Source of the DNA: Thermoproteus sp.
Lineage (GTDB): Archaea > Thermoproteota > Thermoprotei > Thermoproteales > Thermoproteaceae
NCBI GenBank assembly: GCA_049976425.1
Contig: JBMFIG010000001.1
Location: 160,001 to 224,000, forward strand
DNA length: 64,000 bases
Direction: 5' to 3'
Made by a program: the position numbers and the translations under genes. Shown in pieces: positions 37,969 to 47,163 of this stretch. Below the pieces are notes generated by a model. The model ran no database searches and had not been told where the DNA came from. It worked only from the letters and a program-made list of their open reading frames with translations. Every line of letters begins with the position of its first letter. The first letter of the stretch is position 1.

Positions 37969-40023
37969 GTGCGTGGCGTGAATATATACTTGCGTCCCGC
38001 CGTCCATAGGATCCCGGAGTTCTGGGGACCCGACCGCGTGGAGTACGTACGCCGCTCTGCCGTAGAGGGAATGCCGCCATATGCCTTGGAGGAGTCGCCG
38101 AGTAAGATAGGGAGGTTGCTCGATAGGATGGTCTTCAAGGATTTGAGGCCTCGGGAAGTCAACGATTTGCTCAAACACGCCGACAGGCTAGACGTGGACG
38201 TCGGCGTTGATTTCTTCGGCACGAGGCTGTCGGCGCCGATATATCTCGGCGATATGTCATTCGGGGCGCTCAGCGGGAACCCCAACATAGCCATAGCCAA
38301 GGCGGCCACCGAGGAGGGGGTGGTGGCCGGCATAGGCGAGGGCGGGCTCCATCCCGAGGTGGCGAAGTACAGGAACATAGTCGTCCAGTGGGCGTCGGCG
38401 CGTTTCGGTATGGACATGGATCTGTTGAGGGCGGGGCTGGCCGTCAACATAAAGATAGGCCAGGGCGCTAAGCCCGGCATCGGAGGACACCTCCCCGGGA
38501 GGAAGGTCACCAAGATAATAGCCGAGCTCCGGAAGATCCCAGAGGGGAGCGACGCCCTATCGCCGGCGCCGCACCACGACATATATTCCATAGAGGATCT
38601 AGCCCAGCGGGTCAAGGCGTTGAGGGACTTGACGGGCAAGCCTGTGTTGGTCAAGGTGGCCGCGGTGAACAAGATCATGTACGTGGCGGTCGGGGTGGCG
38701 AGGTCCACCGCAGAGGGCATAATAATAGACGGGGCGGGGGCAGGCACCGGCGCGACCCCCATATCGGTGAGGAACCACCTCGGGATACCCATAGACTACG
38801 CCGTGCCTGTCGTGGATAGGTGGCTGAAGGACAACGGGGTTAGGGACGGCTTCCTCGTCGTGGCCGGCGGGATGCTCTACAGCGCCTCCGACATAGCGAA
38901 GCTGATAGCGCTGGGCGCCGACATGGCCAATATAGGGACCGCCGCGTTGTTGTCCTTCGGCTGCATAATGTGCCATTCCTGCCACACCGGAGGATGCCCT
39001 ACGTCTCTAACGAACATGATCGGCGCGCGGCCCGACCTGGACATCGAGTGGGCCTCCGCGGCTCTGCGCAGGTACCTCTCCGCGCTTAGGCTAGGCTTGA
39101 AGGCCATACTCTACTCGCTCGGCATGGACAGCTTGAGGGAGCTGGTGGGGCGGAGAGATCTCCTCGGGCTGTATTACGTCGACGAGCTGGTGGCGAACAC
39201 CGTCGGGGTCGACCTAATCGCCGAGGGCGAGGTGGCCTACTACCAAGACTACGTGCCGCAGTTGTCCAGGGAGGTGTACGAGGAGGGCAAAGCGCCTATC
39301 ACGGGCATGGGCGGCATAGTGCCCGGCTACACGTACCCCGCGAGGAGGCCCCTGGACCTCTTGAGGATAGAGGCGGCGCAGGTGACGCACCCGTCCGTGG
39401 ATCCGTATAGGGAAGAGGTAGACGTGCGCGTGCCGCTGGCGGGCGTCGAGCTCGACACGCCGGTGGTGGTGCCGGCCTTGGAGCGGGCGGCCGTCATGGC
39501 CGGGTACGGACTCGGCGCGCTTGTCGACGGGGACGGCTGTCCGGAGCCCCAGTACTGCCTCTCCCGCCTGCCGCACCGCAGAGTCGCGCCGTCGAGGGAG
39601 CTCGAGCCGGAGGATGGCATCATCGTTATCGACGAGGCTTTAGGAGGCGACGCGTGGCTTGAGGAGGCCGTGGCCGCGCTGGACGAGAAGGCGAGGCGTG
39701 CGGGCATAAGGGAGAGGATGGTGGTGATCGCGGCGGGCCGTCTATTCAGCGGCTCAGATGTCTATAAGCTCGCGGCGTTGGGCGCGGATCTGGTGGAGCC
39801 CCGCGAGCCCTTCGAGCTTCTGGCGAGGCGGTCCGCGCCTGACTACGCCACCAAGAGGCGTTGGTACGAGAACACGATAATGGCGCTCACCAAGGAGCTC
39901 AAGCTGGCCATGGGGGCCGGCGGAGTGACCAGCTACTTCCACATGGTAGGGAATAGAGATTTGTTGAGGTCCTTAGACGGCCGGGTAGCTACAAAGCTAA
40001 ACGTCCCCGTAGCGGGTAGCTAG
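37969..40023 (+). CDS. Glutamate synthase FMN/Fe-S domain protein with a degenerate second barrel
   Basis: MSFGALS, KIGQGAKPGIGGHL, SPAPHHDIYSIEDL and CIMCHSCHTGGC motifs. Confidence 0.9.
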   Translation: MRGVNIYLRPAVHRIPEFWGPDRVEYVRRSAVEGMPPYALEESPSKIGRLLDRMVFKDLRPREVNDLLKHADRLDVDVGVDFFGTRLSAPIYLGDMSFGALSGNPNIAIAKAATEEGVVAGIGEGGLHPEVAKYRNIVVQWASARFGMDMDLLRAGLAVNIKIGQGAKPGIGGHLPGRKVTKIIAELRKIPEGSDALSPAPHHDIYSIEDLAQRVKALRDLTGKPVLVKVAAVNKIMYVAVGVARSTAEGIIIDGAGAGTGATPISVRNHLGIPIDYAVPVVDRWLKDNGVRDGFLVVAGGMLYSASDIAKLIALGADMANIGTAALLSFGCIMCHSCHTGGCPTSLTNMIGARPDLDIEWASAALRRYLSALRLGLKAILYSLGMDSLRELVGRRDLLGLYYVDELVANTVGVDLIAEGEVAYYQDYVPQLSREVYEEGKAPITGMGGIVPGYTYPARRPLDLLRIEAAQVTHPSVDPYREEVDVRVPLAGVELDTPVVVPALERAAVMAGYGLGALVDGDGCPEPQYCLSRLPHRRVAPSRELEPEDGIIVIDEALGGDAWLEEAVAALDEKARRAGIRERMVVIAAGRLFSGSDVYKLAALGADLVEPREPFELLARRSAPDYATKRRWYENTIMALTKELKLAMGAGGVTSYFHMVGNRDLLRSLDGRVATKLNVPVAGS

Positions 40024-40140
40024 TCCCTCCGAGATTATCGGTACCAAATACATTGTACTACGGGTACTTTGAATATAACGAACTATATAGGCCAAGATAG
40101 TCACGTAGATCTACGAGTAAAGTTTATATACCGAGTGGGC

Positions 40141-41451
40141 ATGTCGCCTATGCCGGAAGGGCTAAGTGTCTGGAGAACGTTGAAGGGCGCCGGGGTTAAG
40201 TACGTCAAGTTCGTCATAGTCGACATATTCGGCAGGCCGAAGCTCGAGATTCTGCCAATAGACGCGGCGCGCGACGCCTTCGTCGACGGCATAGCGTACG
40301 ACGGCTCCTCCATACCGGCGTATACGACCGTCAACAAGAGCGACTTCGTGGCCGAGGTCGACGCCGATGCCGTCTACATAGAGACGTGGAACGGAGGCAA
40401 GACCGCATTGGCGTTCACGAGCACGTTGGACGGAGACAAGCCGCATCCGATGGACCCGCGCAACGCCCTTAAGCAGACGGTAGAATACCTCAAGTCTAGG
40501 GGATACGAGGCCAAGATGGGCGCCGAGGTCGAGTTCTTCCTTGTGAGGGGCAACCCGCCGTCCCTTGTCGACAGCGGGGCCTATTTCGAGGGCTATCCGT
40601 TGAAGGAGACAATGCCTGTCATGGAAGAGATAATAGAGCACTTCTATCTGTCGGGCATAGGGCTGACCAAGACGCACCACGAGGTGGCGCCTAGCCAGTT
40701 CGAGGTGAACATACCGGCAGGCGACCCGGTCCAGGTGGCCGACCAGATACTCGTGTACAAGATACTCGCCAAATCGGTCGCGCAGAAGTACGGCCTCATC
40801 GCCACGTTTATGCCAAAGCCGTTCTGGGGCGTCAACGGCTCCGGCATGCACATACACGTGAGCTTCTGGCGCGACGGCGTCAACCTCTTCGCGTCGTATA
40901 AGGAGCCCACGCCGGAGCTCAAGTCGGCGATAGCCGGCGTGCTCAACAACGCGTTGCCCAACAGCGTCTTCGTGGCCCCGGTCGTGAACAGCTACAAGCG
41001 CCTCGTGCCGCACCACGAGGCCCCTACCCGCGTCGTCTGGGGGCTCGGCAACCGCTCGGCGATGGTCAGAGTGCCGTACTACGGGAAGAAGATAAACAGG
41101 TTCGAGTACCGCCACCCCGATCCATCCGCAAACCCCTACCTCGGCTTCTCAGCGATACTGCTAGCCGCCTTCGAGGGCCTCGACAAGAAGCTCGAGCCGC
41201 CGAGCCCAGTCGAGGACATCGCGTACGACCTAGAGGGCGTCAAGGAGACCCCCAAGCACCTCGGCGAGGCGGTCAAGCTGGCGTCGGAGGGCGTCGCGGC
41301 CAAGACACTGCCGCAACAGCTAGTCAAGGCGTACCTCGCGCTCAAGGAGAAGGAGTGGAGCGACTATCTGGCAAGCGTTTCCGAGGGGTGGGACAAGACT
41401 TGGAACGTGATAACCCGGTGGGAGTACGACCAGTACCTAGAAACCGCTTGA
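40141..41451 (+). CDS. glnA: Glutamine synthetase type I
   Basis: DGSS, HHEV and FMPKP..GVNGSGMH motifs; RFEYR.PD...NPYL. Confidence 0.96.
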   Translation: MSPMPEGLSVWRTLKGAGVKYVKFVIVDIFGRPKLEILPIDAARDAFVDGIAYDGSSIPAYTTVNKSDFVAEVDADAVYIETWNGGKTALAFTSTLDGDKPHPMDPRNALKQTVEYLKSRGYEAKMGAEVEFFLVRGNPPSLVDSGAYFEGYPLKETMPVMEEIIEHFYLSGIGLTKTHHEVAPSQFEVNIPAGDPVQVADQILVYKILAKSVAQKYGLIATFMPKPFWGVNGSGMHIHVSFWRDGVNLFASYKEPTPELKSAIAGVLNNALPNSVFVAPVVNSYKRLVPHHEAPTRVVWGLGNRSAMVRVPYYGKKINRFEYRHPDPSANPYLGFSAILLAAFEGLDKKLEPPSPVEDIAYDLEGVKETPKHLGEAVKLASEGVAAKTLPQQLVKAYLALKEKEWSDYLASVSEGWDKTWNVITRWEYDQYLETA

Positions 41452-42158
41452 TGTGTAGAATACTACTGCTTTTTGGGGATCCTCGGCCAGATCTTTTCAG
41501 ATCTTTCGTCGAGATCTCGAGAAGGGACAGGACGGCGGGCTTAAGCCACGGATCTGGCTGGGGCGTCCTCTACGCCAGGGAGGGGGAGTACGGGCTATAT
41601 AAGTCCACTAGACCCATATGGGAATCATATATAGATCCGCCTAGTGGATATAAACTATATTTATTTCATTCCCGTCTGGCCTCCGTCGGCGGGGTGTCGC
41701 CGGCCAATACCCACCCCATAGTCTACGGAAACTTCGCCATAGCCCACAACGGCACTATAATGAAAGACAAGTTCTCGGAGGAGTTGAGGCAGAGGGGTAT
41801 AGACGTAAGGATCGGAGGCGCGACGGACAGCGAGCTGTTCCTCAAGGCCTTCGTGGACATGGGCGGGGACCTAGACGCTCTGAGGGAAGTTTCTGAGATA
41901 GCTATACATTTCCTAGATCCCGAGGAGCCCATGATGAACATAGCTCTAGTAAACCTGGAGAAGCCCGAGGCGTATTTCTTGACGTATAGGTTGCGGGAGG
42001 ATCCGCATTTTGTGCCGGTGGTGCTGGATGGTCCGCAGGTGGTCGTGGCGTCCGAGCCGTTGGACGGCGGGGCGTGGAGGCCTTTAGGAAACGGCGTGTT
42101 GGCGATCGCGTCGGGCGGGGCTGTTGAGGAAGTAAAGTTTTTGATAGAGAGAGGTTAG
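41451..42158 (+). CDS. Class II glutamine amidotransferase (YafJ/EgtC-like)
   Basis: MCR start, HSRLAS, NTHP, HNG, TDSE, VASEPL. Confidence 0.85.
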   Translation: MCRILLLFGDPRPDLFRSFVEISRRDRTAGLSHGSGWGVLYAREGEYGLYKSTRPIWESYIDPPSGYKLYLFHSRLASVGGVSPANTHPIVYGNFAIAHNGTIMKDKFSEELRQRGIDVRIGGATDSELFLKAFVDMGGDLDALREVSEIAIHFLDPEEPMMNIALVNLEKPEAYFLTYRLREDPHFVPVVLDGPQVVVASEPLDGGAWRPLGNGVLAIASGGAVEEVKFLIERG

Positions 42159-42165
42159 CGGAAAC

Positions 42166-43020
42166 GTGATAGAGTATGTAAGGAGGGCTCTGGCTATCGA
42201 CTGCGAGGCCGTCTCCAGATACCTCGTGGAGAGGTTGCGGGAATACTTCGAGGAGAGCGGCGCCGCTGGAGGCGTCTTGGGCCTCAGCGGGGGCATAGAC
42301 TCGTCGGTGGTGGCGGTCCTCTTGGCCAGGGCCACGGACAACTTCTTCTTCCTCTTGATGCCCTCCTCCTCGACCCCGCCTAGGGATATGGAAGACGCCA
42401 TGAAGATAATCAAGCTGACTAGGGCCGAGGGGAAATACGCCGTGGTGCCCATAGACGAACACGTCAAGGCCCTAGCCGACGCCGTCGGCGTCGCCGATAA
42501 GAAGATAGTGGGCAATATAAAGGCGAGGGTCAGGATGGTTCTGCTCTACGCATATGCCCAGAAGCTCGGCTACCTCGTGGTCGGCACCGGCGACAAGAGC
42601 GAGTTGATGTTGGGCTACTTCACGAAGTACGGCGACGGCGGCGTCGACATACTCCCCATAGGGGATCTATACAAGACGCAAGTGAGGCAGTTGGGCAGAT
42701 GCCTAGGCGTGCCCGAGGAGATAGTGGCCAAGCCGCCCTCGCCCGCCCTCTGGGAGGGGCAGACGGCCGAGGGGGAGCTCGGAATCGACTACGAGACGAT
42801 AGACTCCGTCCTGTACCTGCGCTACGAGGAGATGAGGACGCGGGAGGAGATAGCGGCCATGTTAGGCATCGACGTCTCGGTCGTCGACAAGATAGACTCC
42901 TTGGTGAGGAGGAGCCAGCACAAGAGGTTGCCGCCGGAGATCTTCAGGTTGAGCGGGAGGGCCATCGGATCCGACTGGAGATATCCCAGGAGGTACTGGA
43001 ACGTGAGGCCATGGGTTTGA
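42166..43020 (+). CDS. nadE: NAD+ synthetase (synthetase subunit)
   Basis: SGGIDS, NIKARVRM, GYFTKYGDG and YKTQV motifs. Confidence 0.95.
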   Translation: MIEYVRRALAIDCEAVSRYLVERLREYFEESGAAGGVLGLSGGIDSSVVAVLLARATDNFFFLLMPSSSTPPRDMEDAMKIIKLTRAEGKYAVVPIDEHVKALADAVGVADKKIVGNIKARVRMVLLYAYAQKLGYLVVGTGDKSELMLGYFTKYGDGGVDILPIGDLYKTQVRQLGRCLGVPEEIVAKPPSPALWEGQTAEGELGIDYETIDSVLYLRYEEMRTREEIAAMLGIDVSVVDKIDSLVRRSQHKRLPPEIFRLSGRAIGSDWRYPRRYWNVRPWV

Positions 43021-43826
43021 GAATAGAGCTGGCCCAGATAAGGCCGTTTCTAGGCGACGTCGAGCGCAATCTCCTAAAACACAAAGAGATCGTCGAGACG
43101 AGCGATAGCGACTGCGTTGTGTTCCCGGAGCTCTCGTTGACGGGCTACGTGCTCAAGGACCTCGCCTTCGAGCTCTTCCGGCACAGCGAGAAGGCCGTGG
43201 AGAAGCTGGCCGACGCGGCCGGGGGCAAGTGCGTGGTAGCCGGCGCCATAAAGGAGGTGAGGCCCGGCGTCTTGAGGAACTCGGCCGCCGTTATAATAAA
43301 CGGGGAGATCAACTACGTCTACAAGTTTTATCTCCCCACCTACGGACTTTTCGAGGAGAGGAGGTACTTCCAACGCGGCGATCCTCTGAAGGACCTCAAA
43401 GTGTTCCAACACGCAGGCGTGAAGTTCGGGGTTATCATATGCGAGGACGCCTGGCATCCGGAGCCGGCCGAGGCGTTGGCGTTGATGGGGGCCGACTTGA
43501 TACTGGTCCCCGCGGCGTCGCCCATGCGCAGGCTCGGCAAGGACTTGGCAATACAAGACAGCTGGGAGGCGTTGCTGAAGGCGCACGCCTTGATGAACAC
43601 GGTGTGGATGGCCTTCGTCAATACGGTCGGGAGCCAGGAGGAGGAGTTCTTCTGGGGCGGATCCATGGTCGTGTCGCCTCTCGGCGAGGTGAAGCTGAGG
43701 CTCAAGATCTTCGAGGAGGACAGAGCCGTCTACGCCCTCGATATGGACGAGCTGAGGAGGGCGAGGTTCTTCAGCAGCTTCAGAGACCACATATCGTCGT
43801 TTCACAAAATCCTGGCAGAGCTCTGA
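43011..43826 (+). CDS. Carbon-nitrogen hydrolase, probable glutaminase subunit of NAD synthetase
   Basis: E-K-C triad (FPELS, YKFYLP, ICEDAW); overlaps nadE. Confidence 0.85.
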   Translation: MGLRIELAQIRPFLGDVERNLLKHKEIVETSDSDCVVFPELSLTGYVLKDLAFELFRHSEKAVEKLADAAGGKCVVAGAIKEVRPGVLRNSAAVIINGEINYVYKFYLPTYGLFEERRYFQRGDPLKDLKVFQHAGVKFGVIICEDAWHPEPAEALALMGADLILVPAASPMRRLGKDLAIQDSWEALLKAHALMNTVWMAFVNTVGSQEEEFFWGGSMVVSPLGEVKLRLKIFEEDRAVYALDMDELRRARFFSSFRDHISSFHKILAEL

Positions 43827-43835
43827 CCGGGCATC

Positions 43836-43857
43836 CAATAATCAAACAATAATCAAA
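43836..43857. repeat. Tandem 11-bp direct repeat CAATAATCAAA x2
   Basis: Seen directly in intergenic DNA. Confidence 0.7.
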
Positions 43858-43925
43858 TATCGCAAGCTGGCCTTTACGCGTATCAAGTATAAGAAGAAAT
43901 ATTTTTTAAACAGCACGAGAGGCAC

Positions 43926-44390
43926 ATGGGTGCGGTTTACCCATTATTGATCCTGCTGGGTGCGGCCATGATATTGGGAGGCGCGGCGGCTGTTTTCGTG
44001 AACTACAACGCCTTGGCGATTTCGCTGGCAGGCGTCTGCGTCCTGGTTGCGGGCCTACTTTATAGAGCCCGCGATGCTTCCGGGCGGTTGTGGGCCACCG
44101 CGTTGATCTCGGCCGCGGCGACGGGCGCCGCCGCGGCGTCCTTTGCGGCCATCGCCGTATGGGCCGAAGTGTTGAGCTGGATTACGTACAAGGCGGTGAT
44201 CGCCTCTCTAGCTGTCTGCGCGCTCGCGGCGTTGCCCGGCTACGTGGCTGTTGCAGTCGAACTATTGGGGAAGAGAGGCGCAATCGCGAAGACGGCCGCC
44301 GTTCTGCTTATGGCAGTGGCGGCTCTAGCCTTTCTGATAGCCCTCGCGGCTATATCGACGTTTTTCCCGGTGGTCGCAGAGCCCGCTTAG
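43926..44390 (+). CDS. Hypothetical Ala-rich membrane protein
   Basis: Mostly hydrophobic 154 aa ORF with a TATA-like element upstream. Confidence 0.65.
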   Translation: MGAVYPLLILLGAAMILGGAAAVFVNYNALAISLAGVCVLVAGLLYRARDASGRLWATALISAAATGAAAASFAAIAVWAEVLSWITYKAVIASLAVCALAALPGYVAVAVELLGKRGAIAKTAAVLLMAVAALAFLIALAAISTFFPVVAEPA

Positions 44391-44513
44391 CTAAAAGCCT
44401 ATAAGTGCGGAGATCTACGCGGGCTGGCGGCCGGCGCCGGACTTGGAGGCCCCGGCCTCTCATCGACGAGGGGGTCCGGGATGCGGCTTTATATAACCTG
44501 CGGTTTTTCCACC

Positions 44514-45662
44514 ATGACGAGGATCGCGCGGTACTATCGCGAATACGGCGTGAGGCTTGTGAAGGGCTACATGCAGTATGTCTGGGACGACGGGGGGAGG
44601 CGGTATCTCGACTGCAACACCAACCACGGCGTGGCGTTCCTCGGCCACTCGAACCCCTACATAGTCGAGGCCGTAAAGAAGCAGGTGGAGGAGGTGTGGG
44701 CCGTCCCCCTAAACTTCGCGACGCCGGCGAGGGAGAGGTTCGTTGAGGCCTTCTCCCGGCTCCTTCCGGCGAAATTCGGCGTGGTGTTTCTCCAGAATAC
44801 GGGCACGGAGGCGGTCGAGACGGCGGTCAAGATAGCGAAGAAGATCACGAGGAGGCACACCATAGTGGCCTTCACTAACAGCTTCCACGGGAGGACCATG
44901 GGCTCCCTCTCGATTACGTGGAACGAGGCATATCGCAAGGCGTTCGAGCCGCTTTACCCCCACGTGAGGTTCGGCAAGTTCAACGTGGTTTCTGAGGTGG
45001 AGAAGGTGGTGGGCGAAGACGCTTGTTGCGTCGTCGTAGAGCCTATACAGGGCGAGGGCGGCGTCAATCCGGCGACTCCGGACTTCTTGAAGGCGCTCCG
45101 CGACGAGGCCTCCCGGAAGGGGGCCCTGCTGATATTCGACGAGGTCCAGACGGGCTTCGGCAGGACCGGGGCCGTGTGGGCTTTCCAGAAGTACGGGGTC
45201 GAGCCCGACCTCTTCACGGCGGGCAAGGCGCTGGGCGGCGGCCTCCCCATAGGCGTTGTGGTGGCCAGAGAGGACTACGGGGACGTGTTCGAGCCGGGGG
45301 AGCACGGCTCCACCTTCGCGGGGAACGCCGTCGTGATGGCGGCGGCCGCCGCGGCGTCGGAGCTGTTGCTGAGGGACGACGTGCCCTCCAAGGCCGAGTC
45401 GGCGGGCAGGGATCTTGCCAAGGCCCTCTCGGAGCACGGCTCTAGGCTGGGGCTGAGAGTCAAGGGGATGGGCCTCATGTTGGGCCTAGAGCTCAGGGTG
45501 AAGGCCGACCAGTTCATCCAGCCTCTGATGGCGCGGGGGGTGTTGGCCCTCACCGCCGGCATGAATGTGCTGAGGTTCCTCCCGCCCTACATGATCACGA
45601 AGGAGGACGTAGAGCTCGTGAGGTCGGCCGTCTCCGACGTGTTGAGAAACGCCGGGCACTGA
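44514..45662 (+). CDS. lysJ: Class III aminotransferase, [LysW]-aminoadipate semialdehyde/acetylornithine type
   Basis: FHGRT, EPIQGEGG, DEVQTGFGRTG, GK and HGSTF motifs. Confidence 0.85.
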   Translation: MTRIARYYREYGVRLVKGYMQYVWDDGGRRYLDCNTNHGVAFLGHSNPYIVEAVKKQVEEVWAVPLNFATPARERFVEAFSRLLPAKFGVVFLQNTGTEAVETAVKIAKKITRRHTIVAFTNSFHGRTMGSLSITWNEAYRKAFEPLYPHVRFGKFNVVSEVEKVVGEDACCVVVEPIQGEGGVNPATPDFLKALRDEASRKGALLIFDEVQTGFGRTGAVWAFQKYGVEPDLFTAGKALGGGLPIGVVVAREDYGDVFEPGEHGSTFAGNAVVMAAAAAASELLLRDDVPSKAESAGRDLAKALSEHGSRLGLRVKGMGLMLGLELRVKADQFIQPLMARGVLALTAGMNVLRFLPPYMITKEDVELVRSAVSDVLRNAGH

Positions 45663-45687
45663 TATATATCAGCCCCCGTTCCGGTCC

Positions 45688-46665
45688 ATGAAAGTAGTGG
45701 CCGTCGGCTGTAGGGGATGGGGCCAGATACACTTGAGGGCTCTGTCCCAGCTCGGCGTCGATCTGGAGATCATGGAGAGGAACGAGGAGGCCGCCAGGAC
45801 GTGCGTGGAGAGATACGGGGCGAGGAAGGTACACGCCACGTATTCGTCCGTGCTCTCCTCAAATGCAGACGTGGTGGATCTAGTGGTCCCGCATAATCTA
45901 CATAGGGATATGGCCGTGGAGGCCCTCAAGGCAGGCAAACACGTCCTCGTCGAGAAGCCGATGGCTAGGACCGAGGCGGAGGCTCTCGACATGATAAACG
46001 CGGCGAGGTCCGCCCGCAGGAAGTTGATGGTCACCGACCAGTTCCACTTCGACCCGGCGGTCAAGGCAGTCGTAGAGATGATAAGGGACGGCCGCCTCGG
46101 CAAGGTCCACACCATAATAGTGAGGTCGCAGGTATTGGGAAGGCCTAAGGAGTGGCGGACTAGGCTGGAGGAGATGGGCGGCGGCGCTCTGATAGACGGC
46201 GGGGTCCACTTCGTGAATACTCTTCTGAACTTCGGCGGGGACTACGAGGAGGTCAAGGCCTATGTATACAGAGCGTTTGTGCCCATGGAGGGCGACGACA
46301 CGGCCATGGCGATCTTCAAGTTCAAGTCGGGGGCCTACGGCCTCTTCTACTACAGCTGGGCCTACCCCAACCCGCCGCTCTTGCCCTCTTACGAGGTCAT
46401 AGGCGATGCCGGCTCGGTGGTCGAGGACTTGGAGACCAAGCGGAGGACGTGGGCGCCGCCTAGATACAGGGTGTACGGGGACCCCGTCCTCAACGGCAGG
46501 AGGGTGGAGGTGCCCGATGTCGACGTCTTCGTGGAGATGTTCAAGGGCTTCTTCAAGGCGGTGGAGGAGGACTCGGAGGTGCCCTACCCGCCTGAGCTCT
46601 CCCTTAGAGATCTAAGGGGAGTGCTAGACATCTACAGAGCCGCCGGCGTCCCTTGGCTCAAGTAG
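45688..46665 (+). CDS. Gfo/Idh/MocA family oxidoreductase
   Basis: GKHVLVEKP and GGGALIDGGVH motifs. Confidence 0.9.
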   Translation: MKVVAVGCRGWGQIHLRALSQLGVDLEIMERNEEAARTCVERYGARKVHATYSSVLSSNADVVDLVVPHNLHRDMAVEALKAGKHVLVEKPMARTEAEALDMINAARSARRKLMVTDQFHFDPAVKAVVEMIRDGRLGKVHTIIVRSQVLGRPKEWRTRLEEMGGGALIDGGVHFVNTLLNFGGDYEEVKAYVYRAFVPMEGDDTAMAIFKFKSGAYGLFYYSWAYPNPPLLPSYEVIGDAGSVVEDLETKRRTWAPPRYRVYGDPVLNGRRVEVPDVDVFVEMFKGFFKAVEEDSEVPYPPELSLRDLRGVLDIYRAAGVPWLK

Positions 46666-47163
46666 GCTTAGCAGAGCCTCCCTGAACCGTCCGTCTTTTC
46701 TGAAGAGGTAGGTGTAGGTTCTGTTGGCCTCACCGCCGAGGTACACTACGTCGCCCCTCACCTCTATCGGCGCGCATAGGACGTCGCGGGGCCCCTCGGA
46801 CAGTCTTGCGAGGACGCGTTCGTAGAGATCCGCCAGAATTCTCGTAGCTGTCAGGTCGGTCAAATAGTCGGCGATCTCCGAGAGGTAGCGCCCGGAGCTG
46901 TAGAGGGGGATTAAGGCTAAGTAGAGCCTGCCGCGCCTCCTCAAAGGCGCCCCCGCCAATATTCTTCTGGCCTCCTCGTACCCCTCGCGCAATAGCTCCA
47001 CGACGGTCCTATAAGGCAGAGGCTCGACGCACGGCCCGCCAGGTTGCGCGGCCGCGCTCCGACTCACGACGAGGAGAACCCGCTCGTGTTTCGCCGATAT
47101 CTTGTCCGCGAAATATCCGTCGACCAGCGCCTCGCCGATATCGTAGAAGGGTACGGCCGTCAC
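46624..47163 (-). CDS. Hypothetical protein
   Basis: Coupled by a 4-nt overlap to the MFS gene. Confidence 0.6.
   Translation of the reverse strand: MTAVPFYDIGEALVDGYFADKISAKHERVLLVVSRSAAAQPGGPCVEPLPYRTVVELLREGYEEARRILAGAPLRRRGRLYLALIPLYSSGRYLSEIADYLTDLTATRILADLYERVLARLSEGPRDVLCAPIEVRGDVVYLGGEANRTYTYLFRKDGRFREALLSLLEPRDAGGSVDV

Noticed and set aside
42699-43010. Frameshift fusion of nadE and the nitrilase gene
   Set aside because: The extension is just an open frame within nadE; the nitrilase has its own ATG preceded by a GTGAGG ribosome-binding-like site.
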